NCBI RefSeq assembly: GCF_036321535.1
Contig: NC_087438.1
Span: 5,830,001 to 5,894,000, forward strand
Length of the DNA: 64,000 nt
DNA from: Camelus dromedarius
Taxonomy: Eukaryota
Direction: 5' to 3'
Translations under genes and position numbers: made by a program
In this document: piece after piece, positions 39,376 through 52,869 of the stretch
How positions within the stretch are numbered: the stretch's first letter is position 1
Layout of the letters: each line of letters begins with the position of its first letter
The notes under the pieces: model-generated
The model's input: only the letters and a program-made list of their open reading frames with translations
Database searches by the model: none
Told to the model about the DNA's origin: nothing

Positions 39376-41923
39376 TGTTTTAATTTCCTTTCTCAAATGT
39401 TATTTACATAACATTCTGTTGGCTGGTATATGCACTGAACCTATGTATACCTTATAAATAGAGTTGCCTCTTAGATTTATTTTTAAAAATTTTAACAACT
39501 AGCTTTGATTCTTGTTGTCTCTTTTTCTAAGAGTGTTCCATTTAATAAGCAAGTGACTGAATTTTACAGTGCAATTAGGGTAATTATAACAAAATCCATT
39601 GGTATTCAGAACGAATGGAAAGTGCAGACAACAACTATATCTGTCAGAACACATTTTCAGGGATAATTTGGTGTCTGCTGGGGCAATTGAATTGGCCATA
39701 TGCTCTGATAGGTTGAACTGCATTGTGCCAATGGACATATAATTAATAAAACAATGAAAACACACTGGACTGCAAAAGAGCCTGTGATGTTAGAGTAAGA
39801 CGCTCACAGACACTCACATAAAGACTGAAATGCACAACCAAATTCATCACTGTCTGAACCCAGGCCATCTGACCCAGAGCTCCTGTATCTAAAATATTCC
39901 ACAAAGCATGATAAACAAAGAGGACATTCATTATGCCAACGACACTCAAGGACAGATTTGGGTTTCTTTCTCGTGGCTTAAGTCACCAAACGGCAAGCTC
40001 TGAGATGGAAAGCTGCTTAACTGCATGTGATACAGTGAACTGTTTTTCACAGGAATCAGCCGAAAAGAGTGGTAGAGCTGACTGCAGACAGAGACAAATG
40101 CCCAGATGGAAGTGAATCTCACTGCCGTAAGGGGCTTGGGAATGCCACAGGAAAAGCAGGGGGGAGGAAGGGGCAACAACTCAAGGGCTTATTGAACAAG
40201 CTCCAGACAAGGCATTTTAAATAGCGCCCTCCACGGCCTTGGTGTAATGAATTCTCTCCTGTGTCTGCTGCATGCTTGTTTTGCGCGACACAAAACACCT
40301 CTCACTCAGATTTCTCAGGTAGCTTTGCCCTCACCATCCTCCTTACACAGAAAAGCTTCTTCTGATGGCGCTAACCACCCCCCCCACCAATCTTGCCCGT
40401 ATCCAGAAATTATTTTTATGATGTTGTAACTAAGTATGTTTTAAATAGAAATGCTCAAATACATTTTAACCTCCTAAGCAAACAAGAGGAGAGTGTTTCT
40501 GAGTATATACAGACCACTTTGTTCAAGGAGCCAAGTGATACTTGGGTATACCTGTGCTGCCCACAGCATGGCCTTGCAGGACAACGCATGGCTTCCAATT
40601 GTGTGACCGGCTGTTGAGTGGCGAAGTTCCATTTCTTAGAAAGCAGAGCTTCCTGAAACTAAGCCAGGAGCATCTTAGCCTTTTTCAGAGACATCAAGGA
40701 AGAATAATAATATTTAAACCACGACTGCACCATGGCCTTCATATAGTAAATGTCTCCATATGCCTCCATTTACAGATACAGTCTGGTGCGGGTAGAGGCT
40801 GAGGGGGTGTAAATATCACCAGGATGAATAAGAGGATGCAAATTGTTTTCCCTCCTTTATTTAAATATTTAAAGTCTGTTTCTTGCTAAAGTGCAATTTG
40901 CCACAAATCTAATTTGTGTCACTTCTGAGTTAATCAAAGAAATCATAAAGCAGGCATCACCTAATTTACAGTGGGTGTGAGTGAAAGAGGGGTCTGAGGG
41001 GACTTTGCACATAATTCTTATGGTTACGTGTGAATAGATGTGCTGACTAAGCAAGACTGAAAACAGGCATGAGACTGTCAGCCCACATGATGATTTCATG
41101 TGCTTGTGTGAGCCTGGGGCGTGTGTGGAGAAGAGGCTTTTATCATGTGCACTTGGGTAGCATATCTACCTATGAAATACAGTTTCCTATAAAAATTCAT
41201 ATACAGAAAAGGAATTATACATAACTTAAGAATTTTGTTTTACAATCTTGTTTCCAAAATGGTCATGTACATACAATAAGCTCTCTGAGATTACTCATAA
41301 AAAATAGGAAATTTACAGAAACATCTGGCATTGAGAAGATGGACAAACACAAAAAGAATGGAAGATAATTCAGTATCATTTGCTGCCTGGTTATATTTGC
41401 AAGTTTCTTCACAACATGCATTTATGAATAGTTCATAAAATCATTTTATTTAGATTTACCTAAGTTTCTTGATTTTATTTTTTGAATTATAAGTGAATGT
41501 TCTGCTGTTGTTTTTAATAAGTTAACCTGTAGGATCATAAACAATAGCACTTAGAAGTATAGAAAACATTTAAAAGCGAAAGATTAAGAAAATAACTTTG
41601 AAAATATTAACTTGAATTCAAAGATCTGGAAGTATTTTACACATAGCAATAAAATTTAAAGATCTAATTTAAAAAATAAGGTTTAACTGAAAGAATATAT
41701 TGCACAACAACATCATGTGATTTTTGTCAAATGCTCTCTTCAGCATTCAAGAAAAGAATCATTCGTTTCACTGGTTAGACCTTGATTCCTAGCTCTTTGA
41801 ATAAGAAACTGGTTTTGAGAAACTAAGGGGCTGATCTAGACCAGCATAAGAAAAACAGAAGTACCTAGAGATATTTTCCCCCAAAACAGTGTTAAATAAT
41901 TGTTTCATGATGTTTACCAAAAC

Positions 41924-41966
41924 ATATATATATAGGTATATATATATATGTGTCTGTATATATGTA

Positions 41967-42005
<39 letters not shown>
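41924..42005. repeat. Compound (TA)n/(TG)14 microsatellite
   Basis: Direct reading. The pure TG run spans 41973-42000. Confidence 0.92.
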
Positions 42006-42052
42006 AAACAATTTGGAGTAAATTTACTAAAACACTCTGAACATTTTATAAA

Positions 42053-42150
42053 TAGGGTGATGATATAATTTATATTCCAAAACTGGGACACTTTGAGAGG
42101 GGAACACAATGCTATAATTATGCCAGGACAATTTAAAGAATAAACCAGGA
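42053..42150. mobile_element. MER94-like hAT-Blackjack fragment
   Basis: tagggtgatgatataatttatattccaaaactgggacactttgagag...taattatgccaggacaa. Confidence 0.7.
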
Positions 42151-44929
42151 CTTACTCTCCTTAGAATTAATCTTCAGCCAGTCAACCTTTAAGCATTTTT
42201 CTGAGTTGATATATCAATGATAGCGCATGCCCATGCAACACACTGAAGTCTTATATATAATAAGGCATATCTGATTTGTGGGGATTACATGTTTTATGCT
42301 ACAGATTTTCCTGTGGGTACATCTGCCCCTTTACTTTTCTGATATTATACTAGGAGAGGGGACATAACTGATAAACAGGAAAGATTGATTAATCCATCCT
42401 AATTTGAATATGCAAGTTTAAATTCAACTGTTTTAAGTGACTTAAACCAATCATATAGCTTTTATATAAAGATAGGGATTTCACAGTTCCTCAACTTTCA
42501 GGCACTTAAGACTTGACCTATGAATGGAAGAGACAAAATACTACATGATTTCTAAAGCACCAAAGAAATTGATCCCTTGGTGTCTTTTATCACATGTATG
42601 TACACATGATGAACTTTATAAAATTGTTCCAGAGTCTTACAATTTGGGCTTTATAATCCTGTTTTAGTCATCTTTTGTTAAACCGTTTAAAAATCAAGGG
42701 AAGACTTAGGAATTTTCCAATCTCGTTGTCTCTCTCTTCAACAACAAAATTGATTGGGAGTCAGCCTTATAATAATAACTCAATGCATTTTTTTAAACTC
42801 AGACCTGGGCAAAAAGACCAAAGAATGGTGTGGTATTTGTATTCCTTAAAATGTTCTGACTGAACAAGAGGAAAAGTAAAGGGGGAGGAATGCAAGATGC
42901 TCTGGAGTTAGATCTGCTTTGAAATCCTAGCCCACTGTGGGCCCAGGGCAAGGTGTTTATTCTGCCAGAGCCTCAGTCTGCTCATCTGTAAAGTGAGGCA
43001 TCTCTATCCACTGTGGAGAACTGTGCCGAGGACTACAGATCACGTGGGAATGGAGTCCTCAGACCTGGGGCATTATAAATAGAGCGGGAAGGCTATTTCT
43101 TTAAAATAAACTCTGACACTTTGACACCAAATTTGGCTTGCAACAAAATTTCTAAAATGCATATGTCGCACCCAACATAGGAAATCTGCCCAGTGCCCTC
43201 TGGTGAGGCCAAATCAGGCCTGAAAATTAGGGAGATTCATTGCATAGCACCTTACATCATCACATTTGCTCAACGTGCTCTAAGTCCACGTCCCATCACT
43301 CCAGCAGGTTTAAGCTTTGGGATTTAGAAATCAGGGCTTAGCCATGTGCTTGCTGACTCTGCAGAGAGACCACTGTTCACAAAGTCACCATGCGTTAAGC
43401 ATTTGCCCTGTTGGTAACAGCACTCCCAGCCTGCTGGTGGTCTGTTTTGATTTTACAGTCCTTCTTCATCTCTGTGTTAAAGTCTTGAGGATTTCCTTTG
43501 TAAACACACTTTATTCCCAGTCCCCATTTATCTTTGGTTTGCTTGCTCTCCATCCTTCCCTCGCATTTATAAATTTCCAACTTTAGCAAATGTCATCAGC
43601 CCAAGGAGAACTTAGTGTGGACAATTCGCACTTTCTGGGCACTAAGTTGTGTAGACTGGGGCTCTCACTGTCCCCAGGAAGCAGCCCAGCCCAACCTTGC
43701 CTAGACCATTGAGAGGCAGTGTTTGCTCCCAGAGAGAAGTGCTAGCTTCACAAAGCACCTGTCTCCACAGTAAGCAGAAACAATTCCTCCTTAAGTTAAG
43801 CACAGATGAGATTTTTTCCTCCAAGTAAATTACCTTTACTTAATAGAAAGTTAGATTGTTATTTTTAAACCAGAGAGAGCCTATTTCATGCTTAGCTCAT
43901 GTCTTCAAAACATTTCAAACCAGGAGAATGTTTAACAGTCTTCTTTATTAAAAACAAAAGATCATAAAATGATTTTGTTAAAATAAGAATGCTTGTAATT
44001 AGGAAATAAGTAAGTGGATTTCACAAAAGATCACTTCGATATGAGGTCAGGACCCTAAGAAGGAAGACAACAGTGGAGTTCACTGTAATTATTGTGGACA
44101 GACTAACAATGGTCTTTCTACAAATGGAAGACAAATTAGGATCATTTAGAGCAGAAAAACCTGGTGTTCATGTTCAGCTGTTAAAGACTTAGGAAACAGT
44201 TTTTCCAAGTTCTCACTGATTTCTCCCACTGTTTACAAGCATGTAGTTGACTCTGAACTCAGGAGCTTAACTTCATCTAATTTGGAAATGTCATTCTTAT
44301 TTCCTCAATTTCTACTTATTTGAAGGCAAGTTTTACAGCATCTCTATCTTAGGTATTATTCATTAAACATGTACTTCTTTTTCAGAAATCCTGCCTTATA
44401 GAAGCATTTTAAAAGGGTTACTAACTGGTAAATATTTTAAAGCATTAAAATAGAGCAATGTAGGATGTCCCTGAACACATACGTTTGATTATAAGAGTGA
44501 TTTTGACCAAGAGAAGGGATTTGATTTTGAGACTCAAATTCATTGTCAAACACATAACTTGCTGTTCCTGTTTTCTTTAGTGACTTGTCTGGATGATTCC
44601 AGTGCCCTCAATAAATAACTGGTAAGAACAGTTGAAAACGGGCACAAAAGATGAAAGAAAAAATATTTCTCCATTTTTGGCCCCAGTTTGTTTAAAATAG
44701 ATCAATCTGTTGTTTTCCTATTCATCATAATGAGGTTTTCTTCCCCCACTTCTTATTTGTCAACATTTTTAATATTTCTCCTGATTCTCAAGATAATTTG
44801 TTTTTCTCTTAGTTATACAAGAGTTATTAATAGAGTCGGGTCTATGTTTTACCTATCTGTAAGATGCTAGGCATAAAAATGAATAAAATGTCCCTCTGAA
44901 CCTCAAGGATTTCATAAATCAGTCTTAAA

Positions 44930-45480
44930 TAATTCATTAAAAATATCATGATTAAGCACTGTTCTGAACCATTAGGATACATCATTGAACAAAACATGAA
45001 CATATATCTGCTTTTGTGGTATTTGTATTTTATAAGTGGGAGACAATAGCAATAACCATAAAAATTAGCAATTTTATGGTATGTTAAAAGTGTTATGGAA
45101 AAAAATAGAACAAAATAAAGGGATCAGGGATGCTAGATGTCAGTCAGGAGGTCATGACAGGCCTCAGTTAGAAAGTGATATTTGAGCAAGGACGTGAAGG
45201 AATTGAAAACATTATTAGCCAACTGGATACTGACAGGAGAGTTTTATAGGTTGAGGAAAAAGCAAGGACAAATGGCTGACATTTTAGAGAAAAAGTAAGG
45301 AGGTCAGTCTGGCTAAAGTTGTATGAACACAACAGAGGGTAAAAGGGAAAATGACAGGGAGGAAATGTGAGGCCAGGGAGTAGGGTTTCAGGTTTCAGCA
45401 AATTTGAAATGGGGGACTATTGCAGGTTTTGAACAGAGGATTGATCAAGAGTTCCAATACTGTGGAAGTAAGGATCATAA
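44930..45480 (-). mobile_element. L2 LINE fragment
   Basis: ggcctcagttagaaagtgatatttgagcaagga...gcaggttttgaacagagga is typical antisense L2 3' sequence. Confidence 0.65.
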
Positions 45481-47159
45481 CTTAGGATGCTGATGAAGAA
45501 GGAAAACAAATGGAATCTACATAAAATTGAAAATTCAATGGAGCATTAAAGGAGGAGCAGGAATTACCTAAGAGGGAAAAATATAAAGGAACTAAAGTCA
45601 AAATTGACACCATTTGTAAGGAAACAGAGTTAAGGACGAGAATGATGCCTTCAAGAGACTGCCCATTACTCCGTAAAAAAAAGGTGGGGGTACATGTTGG
45701 GGCGCAAGAGCTAAAGCTGAAAAAGCATAGTGATCCTAGAGCAGAAAAGCCCAGTACAGAGAAGGCAGAGGAAGCAGAAAATAAAACTGAAGAGGCCAGG
45801 ATAAGCTGTGACTGGGCCTGATATGTTCATGTCCCCCTGGTCCTTGAGGACAGCAGATAGGTCTTCAAAACATAGACAGTTGTACAATTCATGTATTATG
45901 CACAGTATATTAATATATGGTCGCAGCCAAGGTAGCAAGATGGCACTTGTATTGTAATAAATCACTGTACATGAAACTCAATGGTTAGATCCAAATGACC
46001 TGGCTTCCAAAAGGGATGTATCTGTGACCATGAAAGATACTTGCACTGAAGTTTCAAGATGCTGTGATTGGCATTATAAGAATCTTAGTAATCCCCAGAG
46101 AGGGAGCAAATCACAGAGCAGGAGAGCATGACAACATGGAAAGAAGAGGTTTCAAGTGTCAGTAATCCAGGAACCAGAGCTCAGGATAGCTATTCACTCA
46201 TCTGTTCAACAGACGCTCATTAACCGCCTACTACACGCCAGAAATTGCACCAGACACTGGGTAATGAATAACCACCTTTTTTTTTTTTTTTACTATACCT
46301 AATGTGTGCCAGGCACTGCATGTACATTCTCTTAAGGTTTCTCACCAAAGTAAGGATGAGGACACTGAGACTCAAGAGGAAATCAACTTTTTCAAATGGC
46401 TTAAGTGATTAAACTCTGAAGACTCTACTCTTTCCTCCAAGCTAAACTATCCCCAAAGAGAATTCAATCCCTGGCATACAGTGGTCCGTGACATAAAGTG
46501 ATGGAGTGGCTGGATAAAAGCTAAAGAGAGGGAAGGACAAGGAGCTCAGACATTTCTGAGGAGAAAAGACCCAAAGAAGTTTCGGAAGTTTTCTCATGGT
46601 GCCAGCTGCATTTTGCAAGCTGTGAAGGGATTAAAAGGACTGAGGTAGGAGAGTACAGGCAGAGTGCATAGCAGAAGAGGCTGTAAAAATAAAGACATGG
46701 GCAAAGAGTTGCCACAATCAGAGGCTGCAGATTGGCAGTCTGCCACTGAATGGAGCCTGCAGGAATATTTTATTTTATTTTTACTGTATGAGCCCCCCAA
46801 AATGTGAGAAAAATTATTTCCCAATATTAAAGAAAGGGTTCACATAAAAATTCCAGTGTTCAACACATTTAGAGAAATACAGATAACTGGGCAACACCGG
46901 TCCTCTGCTCCACACAGTCCAACTGGCTGAGCGTTCCAGGTGGTCTGGTTTCTCACAGTCCTTGCTGCCCCTTGACCTGCTTCGCTCATTCAACTTTCCT
47001 AAATGGCTCCTGGAGATACCTGAGTTTGTCATTTTCATGTGGACAATGAAAGGCTTTCGGAAGATTTTAAGAAGAGAATTATGATCAAATTTTCACTTTA
47101 AAAAAAGGTGGTGGCATAATGAGATAAAGAAGATACCTGTAATAAACACAGATTCTATG

Positions 47160-48600
47160 CATTCATTCATCCTTATTCATGTATTCATTCATTTCATTTA
47201 TTCTCTCATTTCTTAAACATTTACTGGCTATCTACAGGCACTTTGGATATAATGTTGAGCTAAACAGTAAATACTCCTCATGGAATTTAATTTTTAGCAA
47301 GAAAGACAGAGCATTAATAACCCAACAAATAACAATTGTCATGATCACAAATAGTGATGTCTGCTAGGAAGGAAATGGAAGGGTGATGGGATGGAGTAAC
47401 CCAGGAGGCTCCTTAGACGAGCTGACCAGGGAAGAAGAAACTGGGACTAGGATTTATGGACTGAGGAGGCAGGTCCCTGGGGATCCGTGGAAGCTGTCTC
47501 AGGTGGAGAGGACTGCCTGGGCAAGGGGCCAGAGTGGGAGAGGATGCAGGTCATGGGAGGATAAATGGGAAGCAGCTTGGCTCAGTGAGGAACAGGTGGA
47601 GAGAGTGGAGGGAGATTCAGTACCAGAGGTCCCAGAGCAAGCCACACAGGACCTTCACAGACCATGGAAGGGAGCGAGCATTTTTTTTTCCCTCCCAGTA
47701 AAGCATTAAAGAATATTTAAGCCTGGCACTGGCACTTACATAATCTGGTTTACTTCTTTTTTTTCCTGATTTGGTTTTTTGTGTGTTTGTTTTTTATAAT
47801 TAAGTTCAGGCTATCTTATTATTACATTACTATAGGTTGCCTTTAACATAGATTACTTTTCAGTATCTTGATTTTTTTTATAAAGTTTTTTTTAATTGTG
47901 GTAATATATATATTATATATATATCATAAATTTTCCACTTAACCACTTTTTAATTGCAAAATTCAGCAACATTAATTACATTCACAATGTTGGGCAACCA
48001 CCTCTACCTATTTTCAAAATGGTTTAACTTTTTAAAAGCTCATCCTGCCTACCTAGTGGAGAATGGGTTAAAGAGGGACCAGTATAGTGATTCAGGCAAC
48101 AAATGAACTTGAACAAAGAAATAGGTAGTTAGAATGAAATGAAACATAACTGAGAGACATGTCAAAAGCATGCTTGCCATGACTCGGTTGTGGAAAGATT
48201 ATGGGGGTTCATCCTTGAGAAGGAGTGATTTCACATGCCATGCCAGTTTCTGGCTTGGATGAATGGAAGAATCACACAGATTTTGTCTTGGATAATAAAA
48301 TGCGAGGGTGGGGCATGGTTTGAACTTGAGGAGCTTGAGGTACCGCTAGGCTCTTCCTGTTTAATTGGAATTTAAATAATTTCATTGGAAATGAGTATGC
48401 AGATCTAGAGCTACTCCTGTGAAGTGAAGGCTGAGAATGAGGACAAAACTGTGACACAAGTGAGGAACCCAAGAGGAACATCTTAGGTGAGGACAGTGTG
48501 AGAGACCAGGTAGGTAGGGAAGGAATATTCAAGGAACAAATGTGCTGTATGGCCTAGTAAAAGAAAGAGTCCAAGATGGAGGAAGTGCTGAAATGTGGGA
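47160..48600 (-). mobile_element. L2 LINE remnant with a nested L1MB 3' fragment (~47880-48020)
   Basis: (ttca)n tail plus aaacatttact at the left end, with purine-rich L2 body. The nested piece is attacattcacaatgttgggcaacca. Confidence 0.65.
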
Positions 48601-48687
48601 CCTGAACCAGCTCTGACTGGTGCAGTGAAGTTCTAACTCCCACCTCCCCAGTTTTCTAAGCTTTCCCATGTGAGTAGCAAGTCCTTA

Positions 48688-49216
48688 TGTAGCAGAGCCT
48701 GAATGCCACAATCATAAGTAGCCTACTCAGAATGCATTACCCTGTTTTTCCTGTGGGGCAGGTCAATCCCCAGTTTTTCAGGTATCTACCCCTCCCTCAC
48801 ATGGCTCTGGGGTAAATTTAGATTTAAGTGAACTACAAGGATCCCATTCCTTTGGCAGTGACGTGTTTAAGGGTGAGCTTATGATTCTGCTGGCCAAGGA
48901 CAGTGTGCGATGGTCTGCTGGGGGGTTCTGGGGAAGGTTTCTTCATGAAAAAAGAGACCCATGGAAGAAGGAGCTTCCCTAGACTTGATGGATTGCGATA
49001 CCTGAAATCGCATAGCCATTTTGTGCCGATTCAGGGAACTAGCCCAAGGACCAAGCTGGGGCTGGCAGAGTGAAGAATGGAAAGGACTAAGGGTACTTTT
49101 TCCTGAGCCAATAAATTAAGTGACACTGTGAACTTCCAGATATGTGAAATAATAATGAGACTCTTACCGTTTAAGCAATTTTGGGTCATCTACAGCCAAA
49201 AACATTTTAACTGATA
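48688..49216 (+). mobile_element. MLT1J-like MaLR LTR
   Basis: ctgctgggggttctggggaaggtttc, catagccattttgtg, and the 3' end tacagccaaaaacattttaactgata. Confidence 0.7.
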
Positions 49217-50464
49217 TGATAATATCTGAAAATTTTATTAAAATGTTATTTTCCTTCCCTGAGATGTAACAAAAAAGAAAAAAGAGACGTAGATAGATAA
49301 ACAGATGACAGATTTCCTTGGTACAACATTGAATTTCATGCACTTCAGAGTAATACATGTAGTATATAAAAGTTTAAAAGATAAAACCTGTATAGAAAAT
49401 CTAGAACTTAAATCTATGATTAATTAACATTTAAAATTTAACCCCTTATAATTACCAATATCTTCAGTTCTATGATGTTGGAGACAGCTTATATTCCTTA
49501 TACAAATGTGTTATGAGGTGCCCTTCCATATATATCTTCTCAGTATTAAATATGTAACAGTTTGATCTCTTTAGACTTTTTCTTTAGAAATTTGAAAATC
49601 TGCCTCTAAGCACCAAGGAACTGGCATCATGGAGAAATGAGATGGGTAACTGAAAATGGCTTACCACTGAGGCTTGGGAATTGTATGCACACTGCAGAAA
49701 GGGGTAAGGTGCCCAGACTTCAGGAAATGGTAGGATCATGTCCCAGGAGACCCAGAGCCTCTGAAGCATAGAGAGCCCTGCTCAACATGAGGAGAGCCAC
49801 GGAACTGCAGAGGGCATCTCAGTCAGGTTGCTCAACTGTATAACAAGATGAGAGAACAAACATTATTCCTCAGTAGAAACCCCTTTAATGACAGTAATAG
49901 TTTACATCTTCCAGCATCTTAATTGAAGCATTTATAATAAGCTCTCCAGAGTTCATGAAATAAATAATATTTTATACTCTGACTTTGATGGAAATAAACT
50001 GCTTATAGTCATGGATAGACCACGAGCTTCCCTCTGTGTGTGTGTGTGTTTGCAGTTACTGAACTCCATGCCATCAAACGGTGTAACATTCACAAAATAT
50101 GAAGTTAATGACATTTATTGAAAAAGTTCAATAAATTCATTGAGATTACACATGACTTTTATTTCAAATGCATAAATGATCATTAAAGGTTTTTAATTCT
50201 TTAATAAAGAAATCAACTTAAATATTAATGGAAATAAGATCAGAACAGAGGATTGGTATGTATTATTTTCTGTTTAAATAAATCTCAAATATAGCAAATA
50301 GCCCAAAATAGTGTGTGTCATGTGGAAGAATATGTGGATATTTAGCACTATAAGCAGACAGCCTGGAGTCATGTAGCTATGTGTTATGAATACAGTAGCC
50401 CAGATGCTCTTGGAAGCTCTTTTGGAGGGCTGGAAAATCTTCATTAGTTATGTCACAATAGGTA

Positions 50465-50700
50465 ATACGGCACTGTGGTTAGAATAAAAAACTTCAGAAC
50501 CAAACTGTTTTGAGTTTATGCCTTAAATGTACCACTTACTGTATATGTAAATTAAGCAACTTACTTTCCTGTGTTTCTGGGCTTCTGTTGTAAAATGGGG
50601 CTAACAGTATTACCTATGAGTGAATACACTTAAAGCACTTGAAACAGCGTCTAGCAAATAACAAATGTTCCACAAGACTTAGCTATTATCATTATCATTA
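50465..50700 (+). mobile_element. MIR SINE
   Basis: accacttactg...tgtaaaatggggctaacagtattaccta...taaagcacttgaaacag. Confidence 0.75.
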
Positions 50701-50849
50701 TTATTTGTTCCCAATAACTAAGTATTAATTTGAAAATAATGAACAGAAAACAGTGGTTCATAAATAATGCTCTGAGATTAGTTGAATAATTAGGACTTTT
50801 ACAATGATATTTCTTTATCATGTTTATTTAAAAAATCAATTAGTACCAT

Positions 50850-51258
50850 TGAGTTGCTTTACTAGGGCTGCTGTAACAAAGTACCACAAATGGGTGGCTT
50901 AAAAGATAGAAACTTATTGTCTCATATTTCTGGAAGCCAGGCTTCCAAGATCGAGGAAGCTAGGATTCTAAGATGGAGGTGTTGGCAGGGTTGGCCCTGA
51001 GGGCTGTGAGGAAGAATCTGCTCCATGCCTCTCTCCTAGCTTCTGGTGGTTTGTGGACAATCTCTGGCATTTCTTGGCTTGTAGAAGCATCATCCTGATC
51101 TCTGCCTTCATCTGGCATGAAGTTCTCCCTGAGTGTGTGTCTGACTCCAGATTTTACCCTTTGTAAGAGAATAATCTCCAAATAAGGTTACATTCTGAGG
51201 TTCTCTGGGTTAGGATTTCAACATATAAATTTTTAGGGGTAAAATTTAACCAGTAACA
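50850..51258 (-). mobile_element. MLT1C-like MaLR solo LTR
   Basis: tagggctgctgtaacaaagtaccacaaa...gagggctgtgaggaagaatctgctccatgcctctctcctagcttctggtgg. Confidence 0.88.
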
Positions 51259-51682
51259 ACTATGCATTTGTACAATTCTATTTTTTGTTATGATAATATA
51301 CTACCTTATTTTTTTTGTTATTCAGAGGCTGCATGTCCAATTTGAAGATACCTGGTTTTTTGCATTATACATATTTGCTATTTTAATACTTATTAAAACC
51401 TCAACGCTAAAAGTGAAATAGAAGAAAATCAATCCACTTTAGGGTCATTTGAGTCTTTGGTAAATTGTTTGAAAACTGCTAGTAAAAATTAAATTTGAAA
51501 ATTATGTTCAAATTCAATTACTTATGCCAATATTGCTCCCAACATCCTAATAGTCTAATCTTGATTATAAATTATCAAATATTTATTCAACTTGATGAGT
51601 TCTTTTTAAATTAAGCAGCAACTCTTTTGTGCACAAAAATGCTTTTAAACTTGATGTTTTAAAACAATGTTTAGTTTATCCT

Positions 51683-52095
51683 TATATTAGTCAGTGTTCT
51701 CCAGAGAAACAAAACCAATAGGATGTGTACATATATGCATAGAGAGAGATTTATTTTTAAAGACTTGGCTCACATAATTGTGGGGGTTGTCAAGTATGAA
51801 ATCTGCAGGGCAGAACAACATTCTGAAGACCCAGGGAAGCAATGACACTGCAGTCTTAAGTCTGAAGACAAAATTCCTTCTTCCTTGGGGAAACTCAGTC
51901 TTTTTCTCTTAAGAATTGCAACTGATTAGATGAGGTCTACCACTTTATGGATGGTAATCTATTTTATTTAAAGTCTCTGATTTAAATGTTAATCTCATTT
52001 TAAAAAATGCCTTCATAGTGACATACAGACTGGTGTTTGATTAAAAAAAGACTACCATGGCTTACCCACATTGACGCATAAAATTAACCACCACA
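51683..52095 (-). mobile_element. MLT2-family solo LTR with perfect 5-bp TSD
   Basis: tatattagtcagtgttctccagagaaac...ttgacgcataaaattaaccaccaca, flanked by ATCCT at 51678-51682 and 52096-52100. Confidence 0.92.
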
Positions 52096-52869
52096 ATCCT
52101 GTCTCAGTAAATTCTGTTAAAACTCAAGGTAAAGCCATATTGCATGATTAATATAGACAAGAGTGAAAGTATTGCTTTCACAGGTTAACAGTTGATTACT
52201 ATCCACCAAAACCACCCATATCTGGTTTTGATATTCTCCCTCTAAAATAGAAAAAAGTAAGTGTCTAATCAACAGAAAAAAGGATAGTTAATAAATTTAT
52301 CCAAATACTTAGTATAATAACATTTGATCATTAAATGACCTTATATTATGATTTGGGGAAAAGATAACTGTTAATTGAACTGTCATAGTGTCTCCAGTAA
52401 AGTGTATTCATTCAATTTGATCAGTGAAAAATATGGAGGCAATATTTAAGTTCAATTAAATTCTCAATATGTCCCCTATTTTGATGAATGCAGGATAATT
52501 TTTATCAGCCTAATTCATTTATAAGCCCAAATTATCTTTATAAAACACATGTACAATTTCTGGGCTGAAGATTATTTTTAATACTGTGCCGGAAGTGCAG
52601 CCTCATCTCCTGTAATACCCAGCAAACAACACACCACGTGTTCCAGCCATGGTATACTCGCAGTTTGCCAAATGAGTCATACAAGGAACGGTACCCGTAA
52701 TGTTCCCCTCTCACCCCCATCACCTCTTTCTAAAATTCGGCTCATAAATCACTGACTATCCTTCCTTGGTTCCTCCGGAATCCTAAATTCTTCTGCACTA
52801 CCATAATGTGAACATGTACTTCATATTAAACTGTCGCCAGCTGTACACTTATCTATCTTTTCCTAGATA

